A program made the position numbers and the translations under genes. Below, one piece after another: positions 9,315 to 19,207 of a stretch of DNA of 64,000 bases. This DNA is from Flavobacteriales bacterium (GTDB taxonomy: Bacteria; Bacteroidota; Bacteroidia; Palsa-965). How positions within the stretch are numbered: the stretch's first letter is position 1; each line of letters starts with the position of its first letter. The DNA lies in NCBI GenBank assembly GCA_040377305.1, contig JBEIPA010000020.1, positions 1 through 64,000 on the forward strand. The letters are read 5' to 3'. The notes under the pieces are model-generated. The model searched no databases and had not been told where the DNA came from. It saw only the letters and a program-made list of their open reading frames with translations.

Positions 9315-11288
9315 ATGGGCACTTCAAACGGATCCGGCATTCACAGCAAACTCTCCACAGCAGGAGTAATTGTAACACTCGGTATCATCTTCGGAGATAT
9401 CGGTACTTCCCCACTCTACGTGCTGAAAGCAATTATCGGTGATCGGGAAATCACACAGGAACTCGTATTCGGTGGGTTGTCGCTCGTGTTCTGGACGCTG
9501 ACTCTACAAACGACGTTCAAGTACATCTGGTTAACACTTCAAGCGGATAACCACGGTGAAGGTGGAATATTCTCGTTGTACACACTTGTTCGTCGTTATA
9601 AGAAGTGGCTTTACTTCCCGGCGTTTGTTGGTGCCGGTGCGTTGCTTGCCGATGGAATGATCACGCCTCCGATTTCGGTGACTTCTGCAATTGAAGGACT
9701 GAAACTTGTGGTGCCCGACATTCCGGTTATCCCGATTGTAGTTGCAATCATCTTCGGAATATTCGCATTCCAAAGGTTCGGGACGAAAATCGTTGGTGGT
9801 GCATTTGGTCCTATCATGCTGGTATGGTTCACTATGCTTGCGGTGCTCGGCGTTTCACAAATCAGTCTTTTTCCGGAGATCGTTAAATCACTGAGTCCGC
9901 ATTACGCAATACAGTTGCTTCACAATTATCCCGGATCATTCTGGTTGTTAGGCGCAGTATTTCTCGCTACAACCGGAGCTGAAGCGCTCTATTCAGATCT
10001 TGGTCACTGCGGAAGAAAAAATGTACGTGTGAGTTGGGTATTTGTGAAACTCGCACTATTCCTGAACTACATGGGACAAGGTGCATGGTTAATGAATGTT
10101 CCTTCGCACAAACTCGCCGGACTAAATCCATTCTATGAAATCATGCCGCAATGGTTTTTGCTCAGTGGAATAATCATTGCAACAGCAGCAACTATTATTG
10201 CCAGTCAGGCCTTGATCAGCGGCTCATTTACATTGATCAGTGAGGCTGTCAGTCTGAACTTCTGGCCTCGTGTTACAATCAAATTTCCAACTGATGTACG
10301 CGGACAACTTTATGTTCCCAGCGTAAACTGGCTCATGTGTATGGGTTGCATTGGTGTTGTGCTGTACTTCAAAGAATCGGCACACATGGAAGCGATTTAC
10401 GGATTCAATATTACCCTTGCGATGCTGATGACTACAATGCTGATGACGTACTACCTGCGATTCGTGATGAAATTATCGGTTCCGCTTGTTACTGTCATTC
10501 TCGCTGTGTTCCTTACCGTTGAAGTCTCCTTCTTCATCGCAAACATCGTGAAGCTGAAAGAAGCATGGATGTTCCTTGTAATTGTTGCAGGAATTATCAC
10601 AACCATGTATCTCTGGTATCGCGCACGGAAAATCCTGAACAAACTTGTGGAGTTCGTACCGATCATAGAACACCTTCCGCAGTTAGTAGACTTGAGCAAA
10701 GATCAATCGATCTCGAAGTATGCAACACATCTGATCTATCTCACGAGTGCAAATCATCCACGACAGATTGAACGCAGAATAATTTATTCCATCTTCAGTC
10801 GCAATCCGAAACGTGCAGATATCTATTGGCTGATTCATATCGATAGAACGAATGAACCATACACGATGGAATATACGGTCGATGAAATGGTTAACGACAA
10901 AATCATCCGCATTGATTTCCGTTTAGGATTCCGTGTTGAGCCTCGCATCAATCTGCTGTTCCGTAAAGTCGTTGAAGAAATGGTAGCGAGCAAAGAGCTG
11001 GATATTACCAGTCGCTATGAATCGCTCAGTAAATACAATCTCGCAGCAGATTTCCGATTTGTTATTCTGGAACGATTCCTTTCGGTGGAAAATGAATTTA
11101 CGATGAAGGAAAGTTTTGTACTAAACACCTACTTCTTCCTGAGAAATCTTGCACAATCAGACAGCAAAGCATTCGGTCTGGATACGAGTGATATCAAAGT
11201 GGAGAAAATTCCCTTGGTGATTGCTCCGGCTGCGAATGTGAAGCTGACGCGACGGGAACTGAACATGGATCCTGATAAGCACTCGTAA
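9315..11288 (+). CDS. kup: KUP/HAK/KT potassium transporter (paralog 1)
   Basis: FGDIGTSPLY, ADNHGEGG, ADGMITP, GAEALYSDLGH, ASQALISG and GQLYVP motifs. Confidence 0.97.
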   Translation: MGTSNGSGIHSKLSTAGVIVTLGIIFGDIGTSPLYVLKAIIGDREITQELVFGGLSLVFWTLTLQTTFKYIWLTLQADNHGEGGIFSLYTLVRRYKKWLYFPAFVGAGALLADGMITPPISVTSAIEGLKLVVPDIPVIPIVVAIIFGIFAFQRFGTKIVGGAFGPIMLVWFTMLAVLGVSQISLFPEIVKSLSPHYAIQLLHNYPGSFWLLGAVFLATTGAEALYSDLGHCGRKNVRVSWVFVKLALFLNYMGQGAWLMNVPSHKLAGLNPFYEIMPQWFLLSGIIIATAATIIASQALISGSFTLISEAVSLNFWPRVTIKFPTDVRGQLYVPSVNWLMCMGCIGVVLYFKESAHMEAIYGFNITLAMLMTTMLMTYYLRFVMKLSVPLVTVILAVFLTVEVSFFIANIVKLKEAWMFLVIVAGIITTMYLWYRARKILNKLVEFVPIIEHLPQLVDLSKDQSISKYATHLIYLTSANHPRQIERRIIYSIFSRNPKRADIYWLIHIDRTNEPYTMEYTVDEMVNDKIIRIDFRLGFRVEPRINLLFRKVVEEMVASKELDITSRYESLSKYNLAADFRFVILERFLSVENEFTMKESFVLNTYFFLRNLAQSDSKAFGLDTSDIKVEKIPLVIAPAANVKLTRRELNMDPDKHS

Positions 11289-11289
11289 A

Positions 11290-11550
11290 ATGGATACCTC
11301 GAGGGAAATATTCGAACAATACTACCTGAATGGAAATCGCTTCATCTGTGTTACTCTTAAGGACGGAAGGATTCTCGTAGGGAAGTTTATTGGTTTCTTC
11401 CGTGGTGATGTAGATAACGGTGAAGCATACATTTTCCAATGGCATTTTCTGGATAAAAAAGTGAGCGTGTTTGATTATGACAAGAGTATTGATCCTGAGC
11501 AAGGTATTTACATAAACCAATCCGACATAGAATCGGTAAAATTCCTATGA
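11290..11550 (+). CDS. small hypothetical protein, possible Sm/LSm-like fold
   Basis: 86 aa, tightly coupled to both neighbours; VTLKDGRILVGKFIGF resembles Sm1 and GIYINQSDIESV resembles Sm2. Confidence 0.6.
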   Translation: MDTSREIFEQYYLNGNRFICVTLKDGRILVGKFIGFFRGDVDNGEAYIFQWHFLDKKVSVFDYDKSIDPEQGIYINQSDIESVKFL

Positions 11551-12890
11551 AAAATATAATAGCAATATCAGCAATGCTATTCTGCGTTTTAGCAGATGCG
11601 CAAAACGTGCGTGAACCATTTGTTGGGATTGACCAAACCTGGCAGAACGGAAGTGATCGGAGAGACTCGTCTGTTCTGAAAATGAAACATTTCACACCTT
11701 CAATTCTAATGGACGTGAATTACACGTATTCGTTTCATAATCCGATCGACAATACCGTTGTAGGTTCAACGGCTCTTGCACGGAATAATGAAATTCAGCT
11801 GTCGGCGCTTCACTTTGGTGGCGACTTTAATTTCCGAGGTGCGCGTGCGCGGTTCATGACGCAATTCGGCACGCGGTCGATTGTTGTACCTCGAAACGAC
11901 TACAGTCCGTATCGCGGACAGTATCAGTTGGCGAATGTATATCGGTACCTCAGTGAAGCGTACGTAGGATATCACTTCGACAAGATGTACGGCATCAATG
12001 TCGATTTCGGAATGTTCATGTCGTATATCGGTTTGAACTCTTACTATCAACCGGAGAATTGGGAGTACCAGGCATCGTTTACTTCCGATAACACACCCTG
12101 GTTCTTCAATGGTGTACGCATCCAGATCCATCCAACACCACACCTAAAAATTGAACCCTGGATAATAAACGGATGGCAGAGTTATGGAAAGTTTAATACA
12201 CAGCCCGGCATTGGATGTAATGTCACATGGATGAACAACAATGTGAAAGTGCTTACCAATGATTACTTCGGTGCTGATGCCGGTGGATTGCCGGAGAGAA
12301 AACGCTTCCATTCTGACAATAGTGTTTTGGTTCGGTATTTCAATCGCAAAGAGTCTAAAGGTGTAAGCCAGATGGCATTTTCACTAACTGGTGATTTTGG
12401 TTTTGAAAAGGGTGGCGGAGTAAACGGATTTAAGGACGGTGATTCTATTGAAGGGCCATCTCAATATTTTGCAAGTGCAATGATCTACAACCGAATCTGG
12501 TTTTGTAAAAACAAACTCGCCTGGACCATTGGCGGAGGTGTAATGACAAACCCTGGTCGCTATCTCGTTTTGTATCCAACAGGACAAGCTAGTCCGTTAC
12601 CCAATCCTGCGAACCCAACCGGGACAGAAGGATTATATCCATTCAGCGCAAGTCCAGGTGATCAATTTCAAGGATGGGACGTGTCAACCAACGTAAGCTG
12701 GATGCCTAATCAAAGTGTAGAATTCAGGGTTGAAGTGGTTCATCGCGAATCAAGTGTACCCTACTTTGCAGGACCAGGAGGCGTTACATCACCAACTGGT
12801 TATCAATGGACACCTTTACCTGCAAATTGGAGACCCGATCTCGTGAAATCGGAAACAAGAGTTCTTTTCTGCGCATTGTTCAGAATCTAG
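11547..12890 (+). CDS. outer-membrane beta-barrel porin (BBP2/OmpL-like family)
   Basis: Signal peptide; GMFMSYIG, SDNTPWFFNG and INGWQSY motifs of the porin family often found in kdp operons. Confidence 0.8.
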   Translation: MKNIIAISAMLFCVLADAQNVREPFVGIDQTWQNGSDRRDSSVLKMKHFTPSILMDVNYTYSFHNPIDNTVVGSTALARNNEIQLSALHFGGDFNFRGARARFMTQFGTRSIVVPRNDYSPYRGQYQLANVYRYLSEAYVGYHFDKMYGINVDFGMFMSYIGLNSYYQPENWEYQASFTSDNTPWFFNGVRIQIHPTPHLKIEPWIINGWQSYGKFNTQPGIGCNVTWMNNNVKVLTNDYFGADAGGLPERKRFHSDNSVLVRYFNRKESKGVSQMAFSLTGDFGFEKGGGVNGFKDGDSIEGPSQYFASAMIYNRIWFCKNKLAWTIGGGVMTNPGRYLVLYPTGQASPLPNPANPTGTEGLYPFSASPGDQFQGWDVSTNVSWMPNQSVEFRVEVVHRESSVPYFAGPGGVTSPTGYQWTPLPANWRPDLVKSETRVLFCALFRI

Positions 12891-12960
12891 CGGAAGTGTT
12901 CAGATAATATAAATCAGGAAGAATGTTGCAAGGAGGAGATTCTTAGTAATTTTCCATTGT

Positions 12961-14895
12961 ATGAGCCACGTTGATGTTAAGAAACTTACGTTTGCCGGAT
13001 TTCTGGTTTCCATTGGAATTGTGTTCGGTGATATTGGTACATCTCCGCTCTACACGTACGCTGCAATACTTCATGATGAAAAGCAAGTTACTGAACTTGT
13101 TGCATTAGGTGGAGCATCGGCAATTTTCTGGACCTTGTTTTTTCAGACTACATTGAAGTATGTTTTCATAACATTACGTGCCGATAATAAAGGTGAAGGT
13201 GGCATATTTTCGCTCTACACATTAATCCGAAGGTATCGCAGATGGTTGTTGTTTCCTGCTATTGCTGGAGGTTCATTTCTGCTGGCCGATGGAATTATCA
13301 CGCCACCTATTTCCGTCTCATCGGCGATTGAAGGATTAAAACTTCCTGATCAGAATGTGCAAATTGGAATTGTAATTACAATCATTGTCGGCCTCTTTCT
13401 GATTCAGAGAAAAGGAACAGCGTTCATCGGAAAACTATTCGGGCCGGTAATGATGATCTGGTTCACAATGATTGGAGTACTCGGAATCAGTGGTCTGTCC
13501 CATGACGTTACTGCTCTGAAAGCACTCAATCCAATGTGGGCTTATAAACTTCTTGCCGAACATCCTGGAGGATTCTGGTTGCTTGGTGGAGTCTTTCTTT
13601 GTACAACAGGTGCGGAAGCACTGTATTCGGATCTTGGTCATTGCGGAAGAAAAAACATTCAGATCAGCTGGCTGTATGTGAAGATCTGTCTTGTTCTCTG
13701 TTATTTCGGACAAGCGGCGTGGTTGTTGCAGCATGCGGGTCAACCAGTTCCTGATACAACCGCATTCTTCGGTCTCGTTCCGCACTGGTTTTACATTCCC
13801 GCAATCATCATTGCTACAATGGCTACAATCATTGCAAGTCAGGCGTTGATAAGCGGTTCATTTACTTTGGTTGCAGAAGCAATCCGACTGAATCTCTGGC
13901 CGAAGTTTCGAGTGGTCTATCCATCAGATGTTCGCGGACAACTGTATATCCCTTCGATTAATTGGTTGCTGATGGCTGGTTGCATTGCCGTAGTTCTCCA
14001 TTTCCGAGAGTCAAAGAACATGGAAGCGGCATTCGGTCTGTCTGTAACACTCACCATGTTGATGACCACGATACTCCTGACTTTTTATCTTCTGGTGAAA
14101 AAAGTCAATCGCGTGGCCGTTTTCTCGTTACTCACCGTCTTCCTTCTGATTGAGGGTGCGTTTCTTGTGGCCAACCTGAAAAAATTTCCGGAAGGTGGTT
14201 GGATTACTTTGTTGATCGGCATGATCATTTTCACCATCATGTTTGTTTGGCATCGTGCATTTGAAATCCGAAGCGCATTGCAGGAGTTTACAGAGCTCGA
14301 TCCTTATTACCCCATACTCAAAGAGTTGAGCACTGATATGAGCGTTCCAAAGTATGCGACTAATCTGGTGTATCTGACATCATCGCCGGATGCAAAACAA
14401 ATAGAAGAGCGCATCGTTCGTTCAATTCTCTATAAGCAACCAAAACGAGCTGACATCTATTGGCTGATTCATCTTCAAGTCATGGATGAACCTTATCACT
14501 CTTCCTACAAAGTGAGCGTTTACGAACCGGATGATTTGATCAGAATTGATTTCAAATTGGGATTCCGCGTTCAGCCGAAAATTAATTTGTTGTTCAGGAA
14601 AGTAGTAGAAGAAATGGTTGCCAGAAAAGAAGTAAACATCACTAGTCGCTACTCTTCACTCGACAAACATAATATCGCTGGCGACTTCCGATTTGTAATC
14701 ATGCAACGATTTTTATCTTTTGAAAACGAACTTTCTTTGCGGAATGAATTTGTTCTCAAGCTATACTTCATGCTGAAGAAATTCAGTTTGCCTGATGAGA
14801 AGGAATATGGTCTCGATTACAGTAATGTGAGTATTGAGAAATCTCCATTAATTATAAACAGACCAAAAAATGTGTCACTTATTCGTGAGGACTGA
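12961..14895 (+). CDS. kup: KUP/HAK/KT potassium transporter (paralog 2)
   Basis: FGDIGTSPLY, ADNKGEGG, ADGIITP, GAEALYSDLGH motifs intact. Confidence 0.97.
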   Translation: MSHVDVKKLTFAGFLVSIGIVFGDIGTSPLYTYAAILHDEKQVTELVALGGASAIFWTLFFQTTLKYVFITLRADNKGEGGIFSLYTLIRRYRRWLLFPAIAGGSFLLADGIITPPISVSSAIEGLKLPDQNVQIGIVITIIVGLFLIQRKGTAFIGKLFGPVMMIWFTMIGVLGISGLSHDVTALKALNPMWAYKLLAEHPGGFWLLGGVFLCTTGAEALYSDLGHCGRKNIQISWLYVKICLVLCYFGQAAWLLQHAGQPVPDTTAFFGLVPHWFYIPAIIIATMATIIASQALISGSFTLVAEAIRLNLWPKFRVVYPSDVRGQLYIPSINWLLMAGCIAVVLHFRESKNMEAAFGLSVTLTMLMTTILLTFYLLVKKVNRVAVFSLLTVFLLIEGAFLVANLKKFPEGGWITLLIGMIIFTIMFVWHRAFEIRSALQEFTELDPYYPILKELSTDMSVPKYATNLVYLTSSPDAKQIEERIVRSILYKQPKRADIYWLIHLQVMDEPYHSSYKVSVYEPDDLIRIDFKLGFRVQPKINLLFRKVVEEMVARKEVNITSRYSSLDKHNIAGDFRFVIMQRFLSFENELSLRNEFVLKLYFMLKKFSLPDEKEYGLDYSNVSIEKSPLIINRPKNVSLIRED

Positions 14896-15182
14896 GTAGC
14901 AATTTCTGCTTCTACTGCAATTTGTCTTAACAACTTACGCTTTATTGGTCGTGCTTTCATTCAGCTTCCAGCACAACTGGTCCAACATCTTAATGCACCT
15001 TTTGAAGTCGAACCATCTTCACTATCCCGCTAAGCATCGAATCTTCGCGAGATAGCCCTCTTGTCGTTCGTAATTTTACTCCGTACCGGATCCAAAGAAA
15101 TTTACATGCCGATTTTTTTCGGTGAAGATCAACAGGTGGATTGGATTGTATAGGGTAGAGTAAGTTAGGTTAACAATTCATC

Positions 15183-15218
15183 TGGGGGAGCAGGCGGGGG
15201 TCTGCTCCCCACTTTTTT
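15183..15218 (+). terminator. intrinsic terminator
   Basis: GGGGAGCAG..CTGCTCCCC stem followed by a T-run. Confidence 0.85.
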
Positions 15219-15347
15219 ACATGACACTTGGCCCTTGAACATTGATCATTGACACTTTACGAATAACTGCACCAGAAAAGTAAAGGGCCAATACTCAACG
15301 CTCAATGAACAACGCACAAGGCAAAGGGCAAAAGTTCACGCCATGAA

Positions 15348-17375
15348 TCAGTCTTGCTGCAGAAGTTTAATCTGCCGCTTTCTCTCCTTCTCCTCTTCCC
15401 TCTTTATTTTCGCCTGCTTACGCTGCAAAGCTTTCTTCTCTTTCTTGCATTCGGTTTTGATCTTGCGCGCAATATCCGCGTTGTGACGGAATGACTCGTT
15501 TACACCTTTGAAGTACTTGCGAAAAAACTCACGTGTCGTAACGTAACGCCAACTTTCATTTTTCATTTCGTGTTGGAGTTGCCATTTCACTTTGTAGTGC
15601 ATCAGACGGAACTTGCGGAGTGTACCTTTGTAATAACGCAAGTCCTTAATGCGCTCGCGGTTGTTGTGAATAATTGAATCATTGATGCTGATGATCTGCA
15701 CTTTTGCAGAATCGAAACCCGCTTGCTCGTCAACACCACCAGCCGGCATTCGCGCGAGTTGTTTGTAGTTCGACATCGTCATGCGCAACATCATCTTTGC
15801 GAGATAAGCATCCTGCTTGTAAATGGTTGCGGCAGAATCCATGATCCATTTTCCCGGACGTGGCAAAATCCTGTTGAGGCTGTCAACTTCCCGTTGTGTG
15901 AGCAAATACTGATTCTTCCGCGTGAACACAACCGTATCGTAACACGTGTAGCCCAACGCGCGGAAGAAATTTACTTCACGCATATCATAAAACTCCAGTT
16001 GCAACCGACGCTTTTTCTGCCGCACAATCGTATCGTAGTAAACAACTTCCCAGGCAAAGTTGTAATATGAAGCGTTTAGCATGGAATCCTGCAGATTTGC
16101 AATTGAATCGTTCAGGCGTTCCGTTTTCGAAATCAACGTGTCGCGGGCAACAGTCATTTTGTCGTTGTCCACAAGCGGACGTTTTACTTTGAATTTCTTT
16201 TTCTGGACCCGCTTGCTATCCTTGCGAAGCTTTTTGTTTTCGCGCTTCAGCTTAACGATCTGTTTGGAAATCCGAAACCGCTCAGCTTTAATATTGTCAA
16301 TGGACTTTTTGTGCTGACGAATACCCGGACGCGTTTCATTGGTTGTTTGTTCGCGCATCCTGCGGTTCCTCCGTTCGAAGAACTTTCCTTCCAGTTGCGC
16401 ATCCTTCGCCGTCAGCTTGAAGTACTTGATCAAAGAATCGCTCATCACAATTGCCGAATCGTATAAAACAATCTGCTCTTCGATCGCATAATTGGTATCG
16501 GCCGCCATTTCAATTACAACTGCCAGACGTTCATACTGACCAAAACTTATGTCCTGGTGATTATGTGGATTTGTGCCCAGTGCTTGTTTGCCTTGAACGA
16601 AAATATGATCCTGTTGTTCGGCAGAAACAATTGCGTCGATGGAATCGTTTCCGTTCTCACAGGTTGAGCCTCCGGCGAGATGATTCATTGTTGCGTGCGG
16701 AGTTCTTTGGAATGAATCGATAGGCACAGAACAGTCGAGCAATTGCCATGCAGGAGTAGAAGGCAAATGATCGAGGATAAGTACTTCCGGCGGAGTGCAG
16801 TAATACTTCATGTTCGTTTTATGAATGAAACGATATTTGATACGATACGGAATTCGAAACACGCGATATAGAATCCTCCGTGTTGTTTGCTTGCGCTGCT
16901 TCACGTACCCGGCTCCCCAGGTTGCATCAATGAGCTTCCATTCACCATCGATCTGCACCACATTCCACGCGTGGTTGTCGAGATAAAGTGTATCGTTCGT
17001 TTCGTACCAGGGCGCATACGCATATCCGAAAACTGTTTCTGCAGGAATCCCGGCAACCGAACACATCGAATCAAACAAGATGCTAATACCCAAACAAACC
17101 GACTTTCGATGACGAAGAATCTGATTGGGATCGGTATAACTTCCCCGACCGGTTGAATAACCATACACATCGTAATCAATGTGCGTAGTCAACCACAAGT
17201 AAATGCTTTTTACTTTGAGAGAATCGCTGGTAACTCCGTCGGTGAGCGCGTGAGTAAGATCAACGTAATTGAATGTTTCTTTGATCGGAGCCTTACCCAA
17301 TTTCTCGTTTGTACTCTGGGAAAAGAGCAAGTGCGGAAAAAGCAGTACGAGAATGAGAAAGTAAGAGTAGTTCAC
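15348..17375 (-). CDS. secreted transglutaminase-like (Cyk3-type) protein with long basic coiled-coil C-terminus
   Basis: Signal peptide; IYLWLTTHIDYD, SVC (Cys), HAWN (His), IDATWG (Asp) triad; helical K/R-rich tail. Confidence 0.8.
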   Translation of the reverse strand: MNYSYFLILVLLFPHLLFSQSTNEKLGKAPIKETFNYVDLTHALTDGVTSDSLKVKSIYLWLTTHIDYDVYGYSTGRGSYTDPNQILRHRKSVCLGISILFDSMCSVAGIPAETVFGYAYAPWYETNDTLYLDNHAWNVVQIDGEWKLIDATWGAGYVKQRKQTTRRILYRVFRIPYRIKYRFIHKTNMKYYCTPPEVLILDHLPSTPAWQLLDCSVPIDSFQRTPHATMNHLAGGSTCENGNDSIDAIVSAEQQDHIFVQGKQALGTNPHNHQDISFGQYERLAVVIEMAADTNYAIEEQIVLYDSAIVMSDSLIKYFKLTAKDAQLEGKFFERRNRRMREQTTNETRPGIRQHKKSIDNIKAERFRISKQIVKLKRENKKLRKDSKRVQKKKFKVKRPLVDNDKMTVARDTLISKTERLNDSIANLQDSMLNASYYNFAWEVVYYDTIVRQKKRRLQLEFYDMREVNFFRALGYTCYDTVVFTRKNQYLLTQREVDSLNRILPRPGKWIMDSAATIYKQDAYLAKMMLRMTMSNYKQLARMPAGGVDEQAGFDSAKVQIISINDSIIHNNRERIKDLRYYKGTLRKFRLMHYKVKWQLQHEMKNESWRYVTTREFFRKYFKGVNESFRHNADIARKIKTECKKEKKALQRKQAKIKREEEKERKRQIKLLQQD

Positions 17376-17489
17376 CGGGGTTATAACGACAAATTACGGA
17401 TTAGTTACATCAGTTCGCAATTCGAAAATTCGAAGATTTGAAGAATCGAAAAAATGTTGCAGCGCTATATAACCAGACGTGAGGAGATT

Positions 17490-17526
17490 AAAAAAGAAGC
17501 CTCGCAACTTCCATATTGCGAGGCTT
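17490..17526 (-). terminator. intrinsic terminator of yebC
   Basis: AAGCCTCGCAA/TTGCGAGGCTT stem with A-run on + strand (U-tail on -). Confidence 0.8.
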
Positions 17527-17542
17527 TATATTCGAATTTTCA

Positions 17543-17560
17543 TCCCGATAACTATCGGGA
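17543..17560. repeat. short Bacteroidota palindrome TCCCGATA.CTATCGGGA
   Basis: TCCCGATA-AC-TATCGGGA hairpin in the yebC 3' region. Confidence 0.6.
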
Positions 17561-17567
17561 CAAATTC

Positions 17568-18290
17568 CTAATCTTCTTCTTGCAGGTTGTGATAAACCTC
17601 CTGCACGTCTTCGTTGTCTTCCAGCTTTTCCAGCATCTTGTTGAAGTCAACCAACTGTTCTGCGTTCAATGCAACGAAACTTTTCGGAAGACGAGTCAGC
17701 TTAGCTTCGATCACTTCAATCTTTTTTCCTTCGAGAAACTTCTGTAGTGCTCCGAAGTCAGGGAAGTCGCAATACACGAGCGCATCACCTTCATCGTTTG
17801 GCTCCAATGATTCGAGTCCGGCATCTATTCCTTCCAGTTCGAGATCGTCGAGATTTACATCTTTCGTGTTGATGCGGAATACACCTTTATGATCGAATAG
17901 GTAATCCGAAGATCCTGTCTTTCCTACTGCACCACCCGCGCGATCATAAATCACACGCAGATCTGCAATGGTACGTGTTGGATTATCTGTTGCCGTTTCA
18001 ACAACTACAGTTACTCCACCAGGACCTTTTCCTTCGTAAGTTATTTCTTCAAAATTGCTTGCATCGGCTTTTCCGGCAGCTTTCTGAATTGCAGCATCTA
18101 CCCGCTCCTTCGGCATGTTTACTGCTTTGGAGTTTTGTATCACCATCCGCAAACGCGCGTTCGTATTGGGATCAGGTCCGCCTGCCTTAACAGCAATTGC
18201 GATTTCCTTACCAACTTTAGTAAACTGCTTCGCCATTGTGGCGTAGCGTTTGAACATTTTGTGTTTACGTTTTTCGAATACGCGTCCCAT
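17568..18290 (-). CDS. yebC: YebC/PmpR-family protein
   Basis: MGRVFEKRK start (ATG 18290), GGPDPNTNARLR, YEGKGPGG, TDNPTRT, DVQEVYHN. Confidence 0.95.
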   Translation of the reverse strand: MGRVFEKRKHKMFKRYATMAKQFTKVGKEIAIAVKAGGPDPNTNARLRMVIQNSKAVNMPKERVDAAIQKAAGKADASNFEEITYEGKGPGGVTVVVETATDNPTRTIADLRVIYDRAGGAVGKTGSSDYLFDHKGVFRINTKDVNLDDLELEGIDAGLESLEPNDEGDALVYCDFPDFGALQKFLEGKKIEVIEAKLTRLPKSFVALNAEQLVDFNKMLEKLEDNEDVQEVYHNLQEED

Positions 18291-18506
18291 GAGTGTGCTT
18301 GATTTAGAGTGGGGCAAAGATAAGAATTCGGGCAATAAAGAGGGGCGCGGAATGAGGGATGAGGGACGCGGAACGGGATGGCATCCTAAAGAAGAAGGGA
18401 TTTTGCCATCAAACCTAGGGTCGATTCGAACTATAAAAGCTAAATTTCGGAAGCTGATTACGCTATATTTATTCGGAAAGCCAGGAAGACTCAACGATTA
18501 AAAGTT

Positions 18507-18758
18507 ATGTGCAATGATTGTTTTGAAAGAGAATATAATTCATTTCCATCTGGAAAAGAATGGTTAGATTTTGACTTGGAGTTAACCAAGAAGTTAGGCT
18601 CGAACAAAATGAAGAATTTGGAATTTAAGCGTGATGGCAAAAGAGACAAAGATGATGGAGAATATATTTATGAATGCTCAACTTGTAAACAAAAATGGAA
18701 ACTAAAAGACCCTGATTATTCATTCAGGGGATATTTTATTAAAGACAAAATGACATGA
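18507..18758 (+). CDS. small cassette-like hypothetical protein with two CxxC motifs
   Basis: 83 aa, AT-rich, CNDC and CSTC zinc-ribbon-like pairs; immediately followed by an attC-like palindrome. Confidence 0.75.
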   Translation: MCNDCFEREYNSFPSGKEWLDFDLELTKKLGSNKMKNLEFKRDGKRDKDDGEYIYECSTCKQKWKLKDPDYSFRGYFIKDKMT

Positions 18759-18765
18759 AAAATAC

Positions 18766-18898
18766 CCTATAACAGCACCTACAAGAAATTGCCGGTTTCA
18801 AGCTCCGCAGACAGTCTTGTGGTAAAAGTAAGTTCAGTTCTCCGCATCAATATTTGTGCTGAAATACCCGCCTATCACCAATCTGCAAAACGCTAACC
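18766..18898 (+). repeat. degenerate attC-like imperfect palindrome
   Basis: Starts CCTATAAC 8 bp after the ORF stop, ends AAAAC-GCTAACC (GTT changed to GCT); internal arms CGGTTTCAAGC/GCTGAAATACCCG and TGTGG/CCGCA. Confidence 0.55.
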
Positions 18899-18961
18899 CC
18901 GACTTCCTGCACAATAGTAGATATACGTATCTTTTTCATATTTTTGTACGTATAATTTCCT

Positions 18962-19207
18962 ATGGACGCAAAACTCACATTAAAGTTAAACGAGGATATC
19001 ATCGAAAAAGCTAAGGTGTACGCTAAAGCGAAGAACACCAGCCTGTCAGACCTCGTTGAGAACTATCTGCACAAATTAACCCGTGCAAAAAAGAGTAAGA
19101 AAACAATAACTCCGCTCATTAAAAGTTTATCAGGCATTATTAGTCTTCCAAAAAATCAGGACGAAAAAAAGGACTACGCTGATTACTTAACTAAGAAATA
19201 CAAGTAG
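18962..19207 (+). CDS. antitoxin (DUF6364-like ribbon-helix-helix)
   Basis: MDAKLTLKL...IEKAKVYAK...SLSDLVENYL; directly upstream of a PIN gene. Confidence 0.85.
   Translation: MDAKLTLKLNEDIIEKAKVYAKAKNTSLSDLVENYLHKLTRAKKSKKTITPLIKSLSGIISLPKNQDEKKDYADYLTKKYK

Noticed and set aside
14817-14960. 47-codon minus-strand ORF (MKARPIKRK...) overlapping the kup2 3' end
   Set aside because: Antisense overlap with a conserved gene and no family resemblance.
18291-18494. N-terminal extension of YebC in the ORF track
   Set aside because: It translates promoter and heptamer-repeat DNA (PRPSSLIPRP); the family start is MGRVFE at 18290.
18504-18512. GTTATGTGC as the cassette's upstream recombination core
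   Set aside because: Only partly complementary to CCTATAAC and fully explained by the Met-Cys start codons; left unresolved.
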